DNA of 64,000 nucleotides from an uncultured Spirochaetaceae bacterium (lineage in GTDB: Bacteria > Spirochaetota > Spirochaetia > DTKZ01): NCBI GenBank assembly GCA_964397655.1, contig CAYNKA010000003.1, positions 240,938-304,937 on the forward strand. Reading direction: 5' to 3'. Positions 54,755 to 64,000 of the stretch are shown piece by piece. Both the position numbers and the translations under genes were made by a program. The notes beneath the pieces are model-generated. The model saw only the letters and a list, made by a program, of their open reading frames with translations, was not told the origin of the DNA and made no database searches. Numbering within the stretch: the stretch's first letter is position 1; each line of letters starts with the position of its first letter.

Positions 54755-57700
54755 GTGAAAAAGTGGATCGGGATTCTCCAGCTCATGGTGCTTCTGGGCG
54801 GCCCCTTTTTGGCTGGAGAAGAGCATACCTCGCAGACCGCGAAACGGAGGGCCTTCCCCGAAGAGGATTCGGAAACGGTCTTCCGGACGAACCTCGGTGA
54901 CGCGGACGTGGACCTCTTCCTCCAAGGTTCCTGGGAATCGTCCGTGAGCGGCTCGCTGGGACTTTCACTCGTTCCGGGCGAGGGCTACAACCGATCCTAT
55001 ACCTTTCCCGGCTTCACCGAAGGCCTCGTCTTCCGGCAGACCCCGGACCTCACCCTGTCCCTCTGGCTCATGGAACGTTACTTCTTCGAGACGAACTACG
55101 GAGAGAACTACAGGATGAACACCTACCTGCTCGGCTACCAGGGCAAGGAGGGGGAATTCGTCCAGTCCATCAAGGCGGGAAACAAGGAGATCGAGATGTC
55201 CCCCTTCCCCTACATGGACTTTCCCGGTTCCTCCTGGCGTTCTCCCGGTCTCGCCGCGATGTTCCAGACGTCGAGGTCCCGGCACGAATTCTTCCTCCGT
55301 TACGACCCTTCGGCCGCCCAGAAGAAGACCTTCGTCGGAAAGAACGAGGTCAACGATCTCCGCCGGGACCCCCAGTACTATGTCCGGGGCAAATTCTTCG
55401 TCCTGCCGGACCCGGCGGTCGATTTCGTGACGGTCTTCATCGAGGATGCGGAGGGATCGGTCAGGGCCGGAGACGGGAGAAGGTACAAGAAGGCCACGGA
55501 TGCGGAAGCGGCCTTTTCCCTTTCCGACGGGACCGTCACCCTCGCGAAGCCGTCGGCCGGCAGGGTCCTCGTGTTCTACGAGAAGGGCGGTCAGGCGGTG
55601 GGCGCATCGAGTCTGGGCTCCAAAGCCCTGCCGGCCTACGTCCAGAAGACGGCCTCGTCCCCCGTGGAGCTCGACCCCCTCGGAACCCCCGAGGATTTCT
55701 CCTGGTCGCGGGGGCCCTACATGGGAAAGCCCATCGCGCGCTTCCGGGTGTCCGCGGCGGGAAACGACTGCCTCCTCGTGTACGATCCCGGGCTCTTCAC
55801 TCCCTTCGAGAACCAGGGCGTCTATTCCCTCGAAGGGATCTCCGTCACGGACAACGACTCCTCGAGCATCAAGATCGTGAGGAAGGGCTCCTCCGGCGTC
55901 TACGCGACGAAGAACGCGCTTTCCCTCGTGCTCGACGGCGGCAACGCCTACGTCCGGGTCGTCTCCGATCCGGGCAAACCCCGCTCGATGTTGAACCGCT
56001 ACCCCTTCGCGGACGACCTTCCCCGGCTCTACGGTCCGGATCTCCTCTCGGACGGGGGCGGGGCCGACTTCGAGATCCTGGCCCGGACCTACACCCCGGT
56101 CCAGGCCTTCGTCCTCACGAACGACGTCATCCCCGGATCGGTCAAGGTCTATCGGAACGGCAAGCGGGAGGAACTCTTCACCGTCGACTACGCCTCGGGC
56201 ACGGTCGCCTTCTCCTTCGAAGTCGCCTCCTCGGACACCATCGAAATCTACTACCGCACGTTCTCGGGCGAAGGCGAGGGCGGCGACATCCTCTTCGGCA
56301 CCGGCAACACGATCCAACTCCGCGACGATCTCGTCCTGAAGCTCGCGGGGAGCGTCCGCTGGAACGTGCTCAAGGGAAGCTACAGCACCGAGCCGGACGA
56401 CCATCCCGGCTCCATCGGAGGATCGGCCGAAATCTCGTACAAGGGAGGGAAGGTGAGCGCCGTCGCCGACGGGGCGGTGGTCTATTCCAATCCCGACACC
56501 TCGGGGCTGCTCCGGCTCCTCGGCATGGAAAAGGCGGAAATCAGCATCGCGATGTCCAAGGACAACATGTTCCCCTCCTCCGTGCCGGCGTCCGACTTCT
56601 TTTCCGGAGGCCTCACCTCGTCGAACCGGGGCAAGCTCTATTTCAAGAACTACGAGACGGAGGACCTCGTCGGGAACGTGAGCGTCAACGACTACACCTG
56701 GACTCCGCCCTCCTCCCAGCAGTTCCCCTACAAGGACGGGTCCAAGCCGGGTCCCTACGTGGCCGGAGCCAACGCCGAAGGATTCGCCCGCGTCATGGTC
56801 ATGGACTACGATCTCTCCTCCTCGCAGAAGTGGGTGGGCGCCCAGATCAACCTTTCGACGGGAAAATCCGGAAGCGTCAACTTCTCCAAGATCTCCGCCA
56901 TACGGTTCGCCTACAAGGTCGTCGCCTTCTCGGGCGCCGAGCTGTCGCTCAACCTCCAAACCGGCGCCGTAAGCGAGGACCTGGACGGCGACGGCGTGCT
57001 CGACGAGGAGAGCGGAGCGTCGTCCCGAGGCTACGAGTTCAACGACGGGGTCCTCACCCTGTACGTGGGCGGCGGACAGAAAGGGCTGGGGAACGGGAAG
57101 AGGGACAGCGAGGACGCAAACTGGAACGGCGTGCTCGAGCAGGAGAACTCCGAACTCGTCTTCCCCGGCCCCGCCGACTCCTCGAGCTTCGGCTATGCGA
57201 TCGCGGAGACGGGCTCCTGGAAAACGGGCCTGCTCAGGGTGCCGGCGGCGGACGCGAACAGGCTCTCCAAGGTCAGGGCGGTCCGCATCGTGCTCAAGAA
57301 GGAGGGGCCGGGAGCCGCTTCCGGAAAGGTCCTCGTCGGACCGATAGTCTTCGAGGGAACCGACCTGGCGTCCCAGGTGAGCGGATCGGGTTCGCTGCGG
57401 ATGCGGGAAATCCTGGAAACGCTCGTGGACGAGCCGGCGCCGGTATCCCTCGCCAAGGCCCATCCGGGCACGATCGACACCTTCCATTCCGGCGGCGGGG
57501 ACCAGAAGGTCCTCGAGACGATATGGAAGAACTTCGCCGTGAGCGACACCTGGGAGCTCAAATCCTTCACCACCGAGGTCCCGGCCGAGAACTACCGCAG
57601 GATCAACCTCTTCATCCGGACCGCGAAACTCGGCTCCGGCTCCGCGAGCATCACCCTTTCCTATACGGACTCCGAAGGCAAGGGGATAACCGCGACCTTT

Positions 57701-59620
57701 CCCGTGACCGCCACCAACACCTGGGAGAGGCTCAGCATCGACATAGGGAAACGGCGGGTCACCCTCGGGGAGAACGTGATGCCGGCGCCGACCGTCGACT
57801 CCTCCTACGGCAAGCTCACGCGGTTCAGCCTCGTCCAGACCGGCACGGACGGCGGCACGATGTACTTCGACGAGCTCTACCTGTCCGACCCGGCAGCCTC
57901 GGTGGGCTTCGCGGGCTCACTCGTCGCGACCTATTCGTCGCCCGGGACCAACATCGAGGTGGGGACGGTGCCCCTGCTGCGGAATTTCGCCGTGACGCAG
58001 AAGATTTCGGGCCAGAGCAAGACCTTCCAATCGCAGATCGAGAAAACCTCCGACGAGACCACGACCGCGGGGTATCTCTACTCCTCCACCAGCGCCTCCG
58101 GTCACGTCCTTTCCTTTCTCGGCCTGGAGGGGGACTTCTCCCTCAACGTGCTCGACGCCCGCGTCGAATACGAGGGGGGGCATCTCGTGAGGTTCCCGGC
58201 GGAGGGAGGGCCCGTCGTGGTCCGGGAGCAGTTCAAGCGGACCTTCCGCGCCGTCGCCCCTTCCATGAGCCGCTCGAACGGTCTGGACGTCCGGCCCGTC
58301 GATTGGATCGCCTGGAACTCGAACGCCGACACCTCCTTCGCCGACTCCGCGCTCGTCCAGAGGTGGGGGACCGCGCTGGACATCACCCATCCCGCCATGC
58401 CGTTCTTCAAGCTCGCCGCATCCCTCCGGAACGAAGCCGAGGGATACGTTCTGGAAGACGCGTCCTACGCCGGCGCCTGGACCTCCTCGTATTCCCTGCT
58501 CTCTCCCTGGACCGGGGGATCGGCGACGGTGCGGCAGGGCCAGCTTTCCGTCTCAGCCGGCAGGATCTCGGAGCCCGTAGGCTTCACCCTGAACCCCGAG
58601 GTCTCGTACGTGAACGACGGCGAGACCTCGAGGCGGCAGAAGAACCGCGAGAAGGTCTTCCTGGAACTGCCCCTCGTCTTCAGGGCGGGCGAGACCGATC
58701 CCGGGTGGAAGCTCGCGTTCACCTACGAACGGGAAGGGATCACGAAGGTCGGCGCCGCCGAATCCGGCGATTTCCGCTCGGACGTCGGACGCCTCGGGAA
58801 GGGGCTCTCGAACCAGCGGTATTTCTACGACTCCATCCCCTTCGTGGAGATCTTCGCCCCCTCGAGCTGGACGGGATTCAAGGCCGACTCCGAGGGCGCG
58901 TACGCCGCCGACTATACGCCGCGCGCGGGACTCCTCTACTCGAGGGCCTACGGATCGAACATCGTCGACCTCCTCGTCCCATCCAGGGCCGAGCTGGCGT
59001 TCGCCAAGGCCTATGCCCGGTCCGACGACGCGGTCTCAGCCAAGAACACGAGCGACCTCAAATTCACCAATTTCGCCGTCAACCTCTTCGGCACCGACGG
59101 CGCCTATCCCTTCTTCTCCTGGTACGCGAGCGACGAGTTCCAGATCCAGAATTCCGCTTCCGTGGAGAAGATCGAGGGCGAGACCGACGTCGATTGGTCC
59201 TACACGAACAAGGTCTCCCTGAGCGTCTTCGGCCGCCGGGAGGACCGCTTCGTCCTCGAGCACACGATCGCGCTGAAGAACGAGGACCGCTACGTCTATC
59301 AGGGGACCGGCTCGGTCAAATACGTGTGGAAGCAGGAGATGACGAGGACCGTCACCTCGGAGTTCATGCTGAAGATGCTGGAGGACAGACGGTACTACGT
59401 GCACACGGAGAAGGCGGAACTCACCTACGACAACAAGGACGGAGTGAGGACCTACGTCGTGCTCGGACACGAAACCGCCCTCACCCTCAAGAAGAGCGGT
59501 TTCATCAAGGCCGGAGCGGACCTCGGCCTGGGCATCGAGCGGGACGGCTCGGGACTTTGGCCAGGCTACAAGATCCTGCTGGGCCTCCAGGCGGGCATCA
59601 GCGCGCACTTCGTGTTCTGA
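54755..59620 (+). CDS. Very large (1621 aa) secreted / outer-membrane-type hypothetical protein
   Basis: Signal peptide MKKWIGILQLMVLLGGPFLAG. Beta-rich Gly/Ser/Tyr/Asp composition, ends in ...HFVF. GTG start. Confidence 0.7.
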   Translation: MKKWIGILQLMVLLGGPFLAGEEHTSQTAKRRAFPEEDSETVFRTNLGDADVDLFLQGSWESSVSGSLGLSLVPGEGYNRSYTFPGFTEGLVFRQTPDLTLSLWLMERYFFETNYGENYRMNTYLLGYQGKEGEFVQSIKAGNKEIEMSPFPYMDFPGSSWRSPGLAAMFQTSRSRHEFFLRYDPSAAQKKTFVGKNEVNDLRRDPQYYVRGKFFVLPDPAVDFVTVFIEDAEGSVRAGDGRRYKKATDAEAAFSLSDGTVTLAKPSAGRVLVFYEKGGQAVGASSLGSKALPAYVQKTASSPVELDPLGTPEDFSWSRGPYMGKPIARFRVSAAGNDCLLVYDPGLFTPFENQGVYSLEGISVTDNDSSSIKIVRKGSSGVYATKNALSLVLDGGNAYVRVVSDPGKPRSMLNRYPFADDLPRLYGPDLLSDGGGADFEILARTYTPVQAFVLTNDVIPGSVKVYRNGKREELFTVDYASGTVAFSFEVASSDTIEIYYRTFSGEGEGGDILFGTGNTIQLRDDLVLKLAGSVRWNVLKGSYSTEPDDHPGSIGGSAEISYKGGKVSAVADGAVVYSNPDTSGLLRLLGMEKAEISIAMSKDNMFPSSVPASDFFSGGLTSSNRGKLYFKNYETEDLVGNVSVNDYTWTPPSSQQFPYKDGSKPGPYVAGANAEGFARVMVMDYDLSSSQKWVGAQINLSTGKSGSVNFSKISAIRFAYKVVAFSGAELSLNLQTGAVSEDLDGDGVLDEESGASSRGYEFNDGVLTLYVGGGQKGLGNGKRDSEDANWNGVLEQENSELVFPGPADSSSFGYAIAETGSWKTGLLRVPAADANRLSKVRAVRIVLKKEGPGAASGKVLVGPIVFEGTDLASQVSGSGSLRMREILETLVDEPAPVSLAKAHPGTIDTFHSGGGDQKVLETIWKNFAVSDTWELKSFTTEVPAENYRRINLFIRTAKLGSGSASITLSYTDSEGKGITATFPVTATNTWERLSIDIGKRRVTLGENVMPAPTVDSSYGKLTRFSLVQTGTDGGTMYFDELYLSDPAASVGFAGSLVATYSSPGTNIEVGTVPLLRNFAVTQKISGQSKTFQSQIEKTSDETTTAGYLYSSTSASGHVLSFLGLEGDFSLNVLDARVEYEGGHLVRFPAEGGPVVVREQFKRTFRAVAPSMSRSNGLDVRPVDWIAWNSNADTSFADSALVQRWGTALDITHPAMPFFKLAASLRNEAEGYVLEDASYAGAWTSSYSLLSPWTGGSATVRQGQLSVSAGRISEPVGFTLNPEVSYVNDGETSRRQKNREKVFLELPLVFRAGETDPGWKLAFTYEREGITKVGAAESGDFRSDVGRLGKGLSNQRYFYDSIPFVEIFAPSSWTGFKADSEGAYAADYTPRAGLLYSRAYGSNIVDLLVPSRAELAFAKAYARSDDAVSAKNTSDLKFTNFAVNLFGTDGAYPFFSWYASDEFQIQNSASVEKIEGETDVDWSYTNKVSLSVFGRREDRFVLEHTIALKNEDRYVYQGTGSVKYVWKQEMTRTVTSEFMLKMLEDRRYYVHTEKAELTYDNKDGVRTYVVLGHETALTLKKSGFIKAGADLGLGIERDGSGLWPGYKILLGLQAGISAHFVF

Positions 59621-59685
59621 TACCTCTATGTTTTTACCCCGTAAAGGATATATATTTAATAATGATTATCTGTCAGGAGGTCGCC

Positions 59686-61086
59686 ATGAATAGAAGAGCA
59701 CTGATTCCCATCGCCGTTCTCGCGTTGACCGCCTTCACGGCGGCCGCGCAGTCCGCGGGTACGCCGGATACGAAGTCCGGGGACCAATCCGCGGCGAGCC
59801 AAGAGGCGTTTCCGCTCTCCTTCGGCTTCGGAATAGGAATCGGAGTCAGCAATTTCCCCAATGAGGATTACGTACCGGGCGGCACCGCACCCGAATACAC
59901 GACCTATCAGAGATTGAGCCTCGCCCCCGAGTTCCGGATCGGGAAATTCGGCGTGGGCTTCGACTTCACGGTCAACTTCCGCTTCACCGGCGGGGACCAG
60001 GGCAACGAGTTCGAGGTCCGCGAGCAGGACTGGAAGGTCGGGACCTTCCAGGAATTCGTGGACGTGTACCTCCCGAAGATCAACTACCTCTTCTACGGAG
60101 CGAAGGGCGATCCCTTCTTCGTGAAGATGGGCACGATAACGGACGCCGTCCTGGGGAACGGCTTCATCCTCGGCGGCTACTCCAACGCCCTCTACCGGCC
60201 GGAGACCCGCCTCTTCGGCATGAGCCTCGACGTGGACGGGAGCCTCTTCGGAACGCCGATCGTGGGAGTCGAGACCTTCGCCGCGAACCTGTCCCGCTTC
60301 GACGTCATGGCGGCTCGGCTCTACGTCCGGCCTCTCTCCGGCTCCGAGCTCCCGATCCTGGACAAGCTCCAGATCGGCGGCACCGTCGCCGTAGACCGGG
60401 ATCCGGGCTATTTCGTGAAGCGCAACGCGACCTATACGGGCTTCGTTCCGAATTCGAGCGACACCGTGCAGATCTACGGCGGCGACTTCCGGCTTCCCCT
60501 CCTCTCCGGCGACCTCGTCTCCCTCGCGACCTTCGGAGACGTCGTGGTCCAGAAGGAGGGCACGGGCGAGATGATCGGCGCGGGGGGCCGTCTCGCGAAG
60601 ATCGTGACCTTCGGAGGACAGCTGCGCTTCCTCGGTGACAACTTCATTCCCACCTACTTCGACAACACCTACGACTCACAGCGGGTCGAGCGCTACCTCG
60701 TGTACGACGGCACCGCGACGAAGAAGGGCGGCATGGGATGGCTCGCCTCGCTCGGGTTCTCCGTTCTCGAGGACAAGGTCGTGTTCAACACCACGATGGA
60801 AGGCCCCTTGGGCGAAATCGAGGGCAACTACTGGGACTGGGGCGCCGTCTTCATGGTGAAGGAAGGCGTCCTTCCCGGCTTCTTCTTCGACGTCGGCTAC
60901 ACGAAGAAGAACATGGCCGGCTTCGACGACTTCAAGCGCTGGAGGGAGAACGCCCTCATCCAGGCCAACGTCAATTACAAGACGGGCCCGGCCGTCATCT
61001 CCCTGGGCTACACCCTGAAGTACGACCCGGCGAACCCGGACGGATGGACGGTCACCACGAACCTCGAGAGCAGGATTTCCTTTTAA
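59686..61086 (+). CDS. Outer-membrane beta-barrel-type hypothetical protein (466 aa)
   Basis: GGAGG RBS and signal peptide. Alternating beta-strand pattern with a C-terminal ...SRISF. Paralogous to the C-terminal domain of the next gene. Confidence 0.7.
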   Translation: MNRRALIPIAVLALTAFTAAAQSAGTPDTKSGDQSAASQEAFPLSFGFGIGIGVSNFPNEDYVPGGTAPEYTTYQRLSLAPEFRIGKFGVGFDFTVNFRFTGGDQGNEFEVREQDWKVGTFQEFVDVYLPKINYLFYGAKGDPFFVKMGTITDAVLGNGFILGGYSNALYRPETRLFGMSLDVDGSLFGTPIVGVETFAANLSRFDVMAARLYVRPLSGSELPILDKLQIGGTVAVDRDPGYFVKRNATYTGFVPNSSDTVQIYGGDFRLPLLSGDLVSLATFGDVVVQKEGTGEMIGAGGRLAKIVTFGGQLRFLGDNFIPTYFDNTYDSQRVERYLVYDGTATKKGGMGWLASLGFSVLEDKVVFNTTMEGPLGEIEGNYWDWGAVFMVKEGVLPGFFFDVGYTKKNMAGFDDFKRWRENALIQANVNYKTGPAVISLGYTLKYDPANPDGWTVTTNLESRISF

Positions 61087-61102
61087 GGGGAGGCGGTAAA
61101 CC

Positions 61103-63316
61103 ATGAAAACACTGACGAAATTGATCGGGCTGTTCGCCCTCGCCGCGGCCGCGGCCCTTCCCGCCTCGGCCCAGAAGGCGGCGCCCTCGGCCGTACTCGA
61201 GTACTTCGACAATCCCGGGCAGATGAAGGTCGTGGATCCCGACGGCTTCGAGGTGACGGACGTCACCTTCGGCATGGAACTCTCCCTCGGCGACCGCGTG
61301 AGGACCGGCGAGACGTCGGCGGAGATCCGGCTGAATCCGAACGGCTCGATCATCCGGCTCGCGAAGAACAGCGAATTCAGGATCGAGTCGGTCCAGGGTG
61401 CGAAGGGCGGCGACGCGAACGCGTTCACGCTCTTTTCCGGCAAGCTCCGCGCCGTGGCCGCGAAGACCACGGGCAGCACGTACGAGATCCGCACCCCCAC
61501 GGCGGTCTGCGGAGTCCGCGGCACCGACTTCGGCGTGTTCGTGGTCCCCGGCTCGGAGGAGTCGGTGGCGGTCCGTGAGGGCCTCGTGGAATTCGCGAAG
61601 GCCACGGGGGAAAGGGTCCGGCTCGCGACGGGACAGGGCGCGGACGTGTTCGCGAAGACCTTCGAGGCCGCAACCTGGTCGGCGGAGCGGATGGCGTCCG
61701 CCTTCCGCGACCTCGACTTCAAGAAGCTCGACCCCGCCTCCGTCCCCAGGGAAACGCCCAAGGCGGAGGCTCCCAAGGAAAAGGCCGAGGCGCCGGCGCA
61801 GCCGCCGCCTCAGGTCAAGAAGGAAGAAAAGAAGGAGGAGACGAAACAGGCCGAAGAAGGGGCGGTGAGGAAATTCCTCCGCGACCACATCGGCATGGAA
61901 GTCGGGTCCGTCACCATCAACGAGGAGACCTATTCCCGCGTCATCATCCAGCCCGTCTTCGAAATCGGGAAGTTCAAGGCCTCCCTGTATCTCCCCGTCA
62001 TCTTCACCGGCGACATCCTCGATTCGGACAATTGGTATCGGCCGCGGGGCAACAACGAATGGTCCTTCGGCACGGACAAGAACTGGAACTCGGATCCGAT
62101 GGAGGGAGCGGGCGACCTGCTCCGAGACCTCGCGCTCAAGATCCGTTACGTCGAATACGGAAAGCAGCGGGATCCCTTCTTCTTCAAGGTCGGGAACCTG
62201 AACGGCCTCACCCTCGGGCACGGAGTCCTCGTGCGGAATTACGCGAACGACTCCGATTTCCCGGCGGTACGCAGGGTGGGCGTGAACCTCGGAGTCGACG
62301 CCGGTCCCGCGGGATTCGAGGCGCTGGCCTCCGACCTCGCCGAGCCCGAGATCTTCGGGGGCAGGGTCTACGTCAGGCCCTTCGATCCCTGGAAACTGGC
62401 GCTGGGAGCCTCGTTCGCGACCGACATCGATCCCGCGGGCGACCTTTCGGCCGGAGCGATCCCCGCCTCGTTCGTATCCGCGTATCGGGATCCGAAGCCC
62501 ATGTTCCTGACCTTCGGACTCGACGTGGACCTCCCGCTCGTCGAGGGCGACCTCGCCTCGATCGTCCTGTTCGGAGACGCGGCGGGCCTCGTCCCCTACC
62601 TCAGGCACGGCTACGCCGCGAGCGCGTACCAGGAGCGGGAATTCGTCACCGACGCGTTCCACAAGAGCGGGGAAGGCGACTTCGGCTTCAGGAACTACGC
62701 CCTCCTCGCCGGGCTCTTCGGCAACTTCTCCATCCTGGACTGGCGGCTCGAGTATCGGCAGTACCGCGGTATGTTCCAGCCCGGCTTCTTCGGCCCGTCC
62801 TACGACAGGAACCGGGGGCTCCTCGCCGCGAGCGTCATGCAGTACCTCGCGAATCCCGACAACCCCGAGTTCAACAAGCTCACCATGGGCATCTACGGCG
62901 AGGCGGGTTTCACGCTCTTCACCTACATAAGGTTCGAGGCCGGTTATCTCTGGCCCTGGCAGCTCGTCGACGGCGACATCGAGACCGCGGACGAGGACTA
63001 CCTCCAGCTCAGGCTCGAACTCCGGAAGGGCTTCATCCCCTTCGGCGCCCTGCAGAGGATGAGTTTCCACCTCTCCTACGTGCGGACGAAATTCGTCCCG
63101 ACCGTCCTGGACGGAAAGGACAAGAACCTCGAGCTCTTCGACGCGAACACCGTGGTCAAGGGCGAACTCGTGTTCCCCGTGGCGACGACCATAGACCTCG
63201 CGCTCTCCGTAACCACCACGGTGGCGCGCAATTCCGACGGCTCGATCCGCTACGATTCCGACGGAAACCCGAAATGGTATCCGTCGGTCGGGATCGAAAC
63301 CCGCATCCATTTCTAG
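61103..63316 (+). CDS. FecR-domain protein fused to an outer-membrane beta-barrel-like domain (737 aa)
   Basis: FecR-like LAKNSEFRIE...TLFSGKLRAV...YEIRTPTAVCGVRGTDFGV, a Lys/Glu/Pro-rich linker, and a C-terminal domain paralogous to the gene at 59686-61086 (DPFFFKVGNL.., RVYVRPF..). Confidence 0.7.
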   Translation: MKTLTKLIGLFALAAAAALPASAQKAAPSAVLEYFDNPGQMKVVDPDGFEVTDVTFGMELSLGDRVRTGETSAEIRLNPNGSIIRLAKNSEFRIESVQGAKGGDANAFTLFSGKLRAVAAKTTGSTYEIRTPTAVCGVRGTDFGVFVVPGSEESVAVREGLVEFAKATGERVRLATGQGADVFAKTFEAATWSAERMASAFRDLDFKKLDPASVPRETPKAEAPKEKAEAPAQPPPQVKKEEKKEETKQAEEGAVRKFLRDHIGMEVGSVTINEETYSRVIIQPVFEIGKFKASLYLPVIFTGDILDSDNWYRPRGNNEWSFGTDKNWNSDPMEGAGDLLRDLALKIRYVEYGKQRDPFFFKVGNLNGLTLGHGVLVRNYANDSDFPAVRRVGVNLGVDAGPAGFEALASDLAEPEIFGGRVYVRPFDPWKLALGASFATDIDPAGDLSAGAIPASFVSAYRDPKPMFLTFGLDVDLPLVEGDLASIVLFGDAAGLVPYLRHGYAASAYQEREFVTDAFHKSGEGDFGFRNYALLAGLFGNFSILDWRLEYRQYRGMFQPGFFGPSYDRNRGLLAASVMQYLANPDNPEFNKLTMGIYGEAGFTLFTYIRFEAGYLWPWQLVDGDIETADEDYLQLRLELRKGFIPFGALQRMSFHLSYVRTKFVPTVLDGKDKNLELFDANTVVKGELVFPVATTIDLALSVTTTVARNSDGSIRYDSDGNPKWYPSVGIETRIHF

Positions 63317-63329
63317 GTATCTTCTTCCC

Positions 63330-64000
63330 ATGTCCGAAACATCGCCCTCCCGAAGGACCCCGGTTCGGGTCCTTCGGGATTCGGTCGCGCGGAGGATAGC
63401 GGCCGGAGAGGTCATCGACCGGCCCGCGTCCGTGGTCCGGGAACTCATGGACAACGCCCTGGACGCGGGCGCCCGGGAGGTCGTCGTCCACGTCGAGGAA
63501 GGCGGCATCGGCCGCGTCCGGGTCGCGGACGACGGCGCGGGAATGACCGAGGAGGATCTCCGCCTCTGCTGGCTCCCCCATGCTACGTCGAAGATCGAGA
63601 CCGAGGACGACCTCTGCCGCATCAGGAGCCTCGGCTTCCGGGGGGAGGCCCTCGCGAGCATCTCCACCGTCGCCAGGACCGAGATGACGAGCATGCCGGC
63701 AGGGGCCGATACCGCGTTCAAGCTCACGATCCACGGCGGGGAGTTCGTATCGCTCGAACCCTCACGCGGCAGGCCGGGCACGGTCGCGGACGTCGCGGAC
63801 CTCTTCTACGCCGTGCCGGCCAGGCGTAAATTCCTGAAGCGCGCCCAGGCGGAGACCGCCCAGTGCAGGACGACCTTCCTCGAGAAGGCGCTTCCCTTCC
63901 CCGAGGTCTCCTTCAAGTTCTTCACGGACGGGACGCTCAGGCAGTTCCTTCCCCCGTCGGACCTTCCCGGCCGCGCGGCCGCGGCCTTCCCCGACGACCT
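63330..64000 (+). CDS. mutL: DNA mismatch repair protein MutL, N-terminal fragment (continues beyond the window)
   Basis: GHKL ATPase motifs IAAGEVIDRPASVVRELMDNALDAGA and DDGAGM. Confidence 0.88.
   Translation, partial: MSETSPSRRTPVRVLRDSVARRIAAGEVIDRPASVVRELMDNALDAGAREVVVHVEEGGIGRVRVADDGAGMTEEDLRLCWLPHATSKIETEDDLCRIRSLGFRGEALASISTVARTEMTSMPAGADTAFKLTIHGGEFVSLEPSRGRPGTVADVADLFYAVPARRKFLKRAQAETAQCRTTFLEKALPFPEVSFKFFTDGTLRQFLPPSDLPGRAAAAFPDD

Noticed and set aside
1-64000. CRISPR arrays, tRNA/rRNA genes, prophage or integron structures
   Set aside because: No direct-repeat/spacer arrays, no tRNA-like cloverleaf candidates in intergenic regions, and no integrase or phage structural genes were seen. 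The only mobile-element signature is the RAYT with its repeats.

Overview
This is a 64 kb, high-GC (~65%) bacterial chromosomal window that is densely coding. Gene content looks like an anaerobe, possibly Desulfobacterota- or Spirochaetota-like, but I cannot assign a lineage from sequence alone. Most long ORFs in the six-frame track are GC-driven antisense shadows of the real genes. I called genes by recognisable family motifs, start-codon and RBS context, and tight operon spacing (ATGA/GTGA overlaps).

Main content, 5' to 3':
- System II cytochrome c biogenesis (ResB-like and CcsA).
- A two-gene pair: a small acidic protein plus a 585-aa DUF4062-like protein. The 3' half of that gene lies in a sharply lower-GC island that also carries a RAYT/IS200-like HuH transposase and a recurring 10-11-mer (CCTCCGTCCCC / GGGACGGAGG).
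- Hsp33, a MATE exporter and a flavodoxin/ferredoxin protein.
- A ~9 kb minus-strand operon, otnK-like kinase, pdxA2, larA-like, dctPQM, preceded by a sigma-54 promoter and followed by a PrpR-type sigma-54 activator.
- A GNAT acetyltransferase, adenosine deaminase, two sensor kinase/response-regulator hybrids, a membrane hydrolase, an MFS transporter and an aldo/keto reductase.
- A second sigma-54-controlled cluster: PAS-bEBP, two NifX/NafY-like proteins, DUF5320, two MinD-type ATPases with ferredoxin inserts, and Mrp/ApbC.
- An SDR and a GntR regulator with a palindromic operator.
- An envelope module: SPFH protein, ABC ATPase, two FtsX permeases, a LolA-like protein and an outer-membrane protein.
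- An alpha/beta hydrolase, a secreted vWA protein, an MFS-HEAT fusion, pirin and a TM-ankyrin protein.
- A bat-like MoxR-DUF58-transglutaminase-TPR cluster.
- DUF503, a voltage-sensor-like protein, three large outer-membrane-type proteins (two paralogous, one with a FecR domain) and the 5' end of mutL.

No rRNA, tRNA or CRISPR arrays were seen. All coordinates were hand-indexed and may be off by a few nucleotides.
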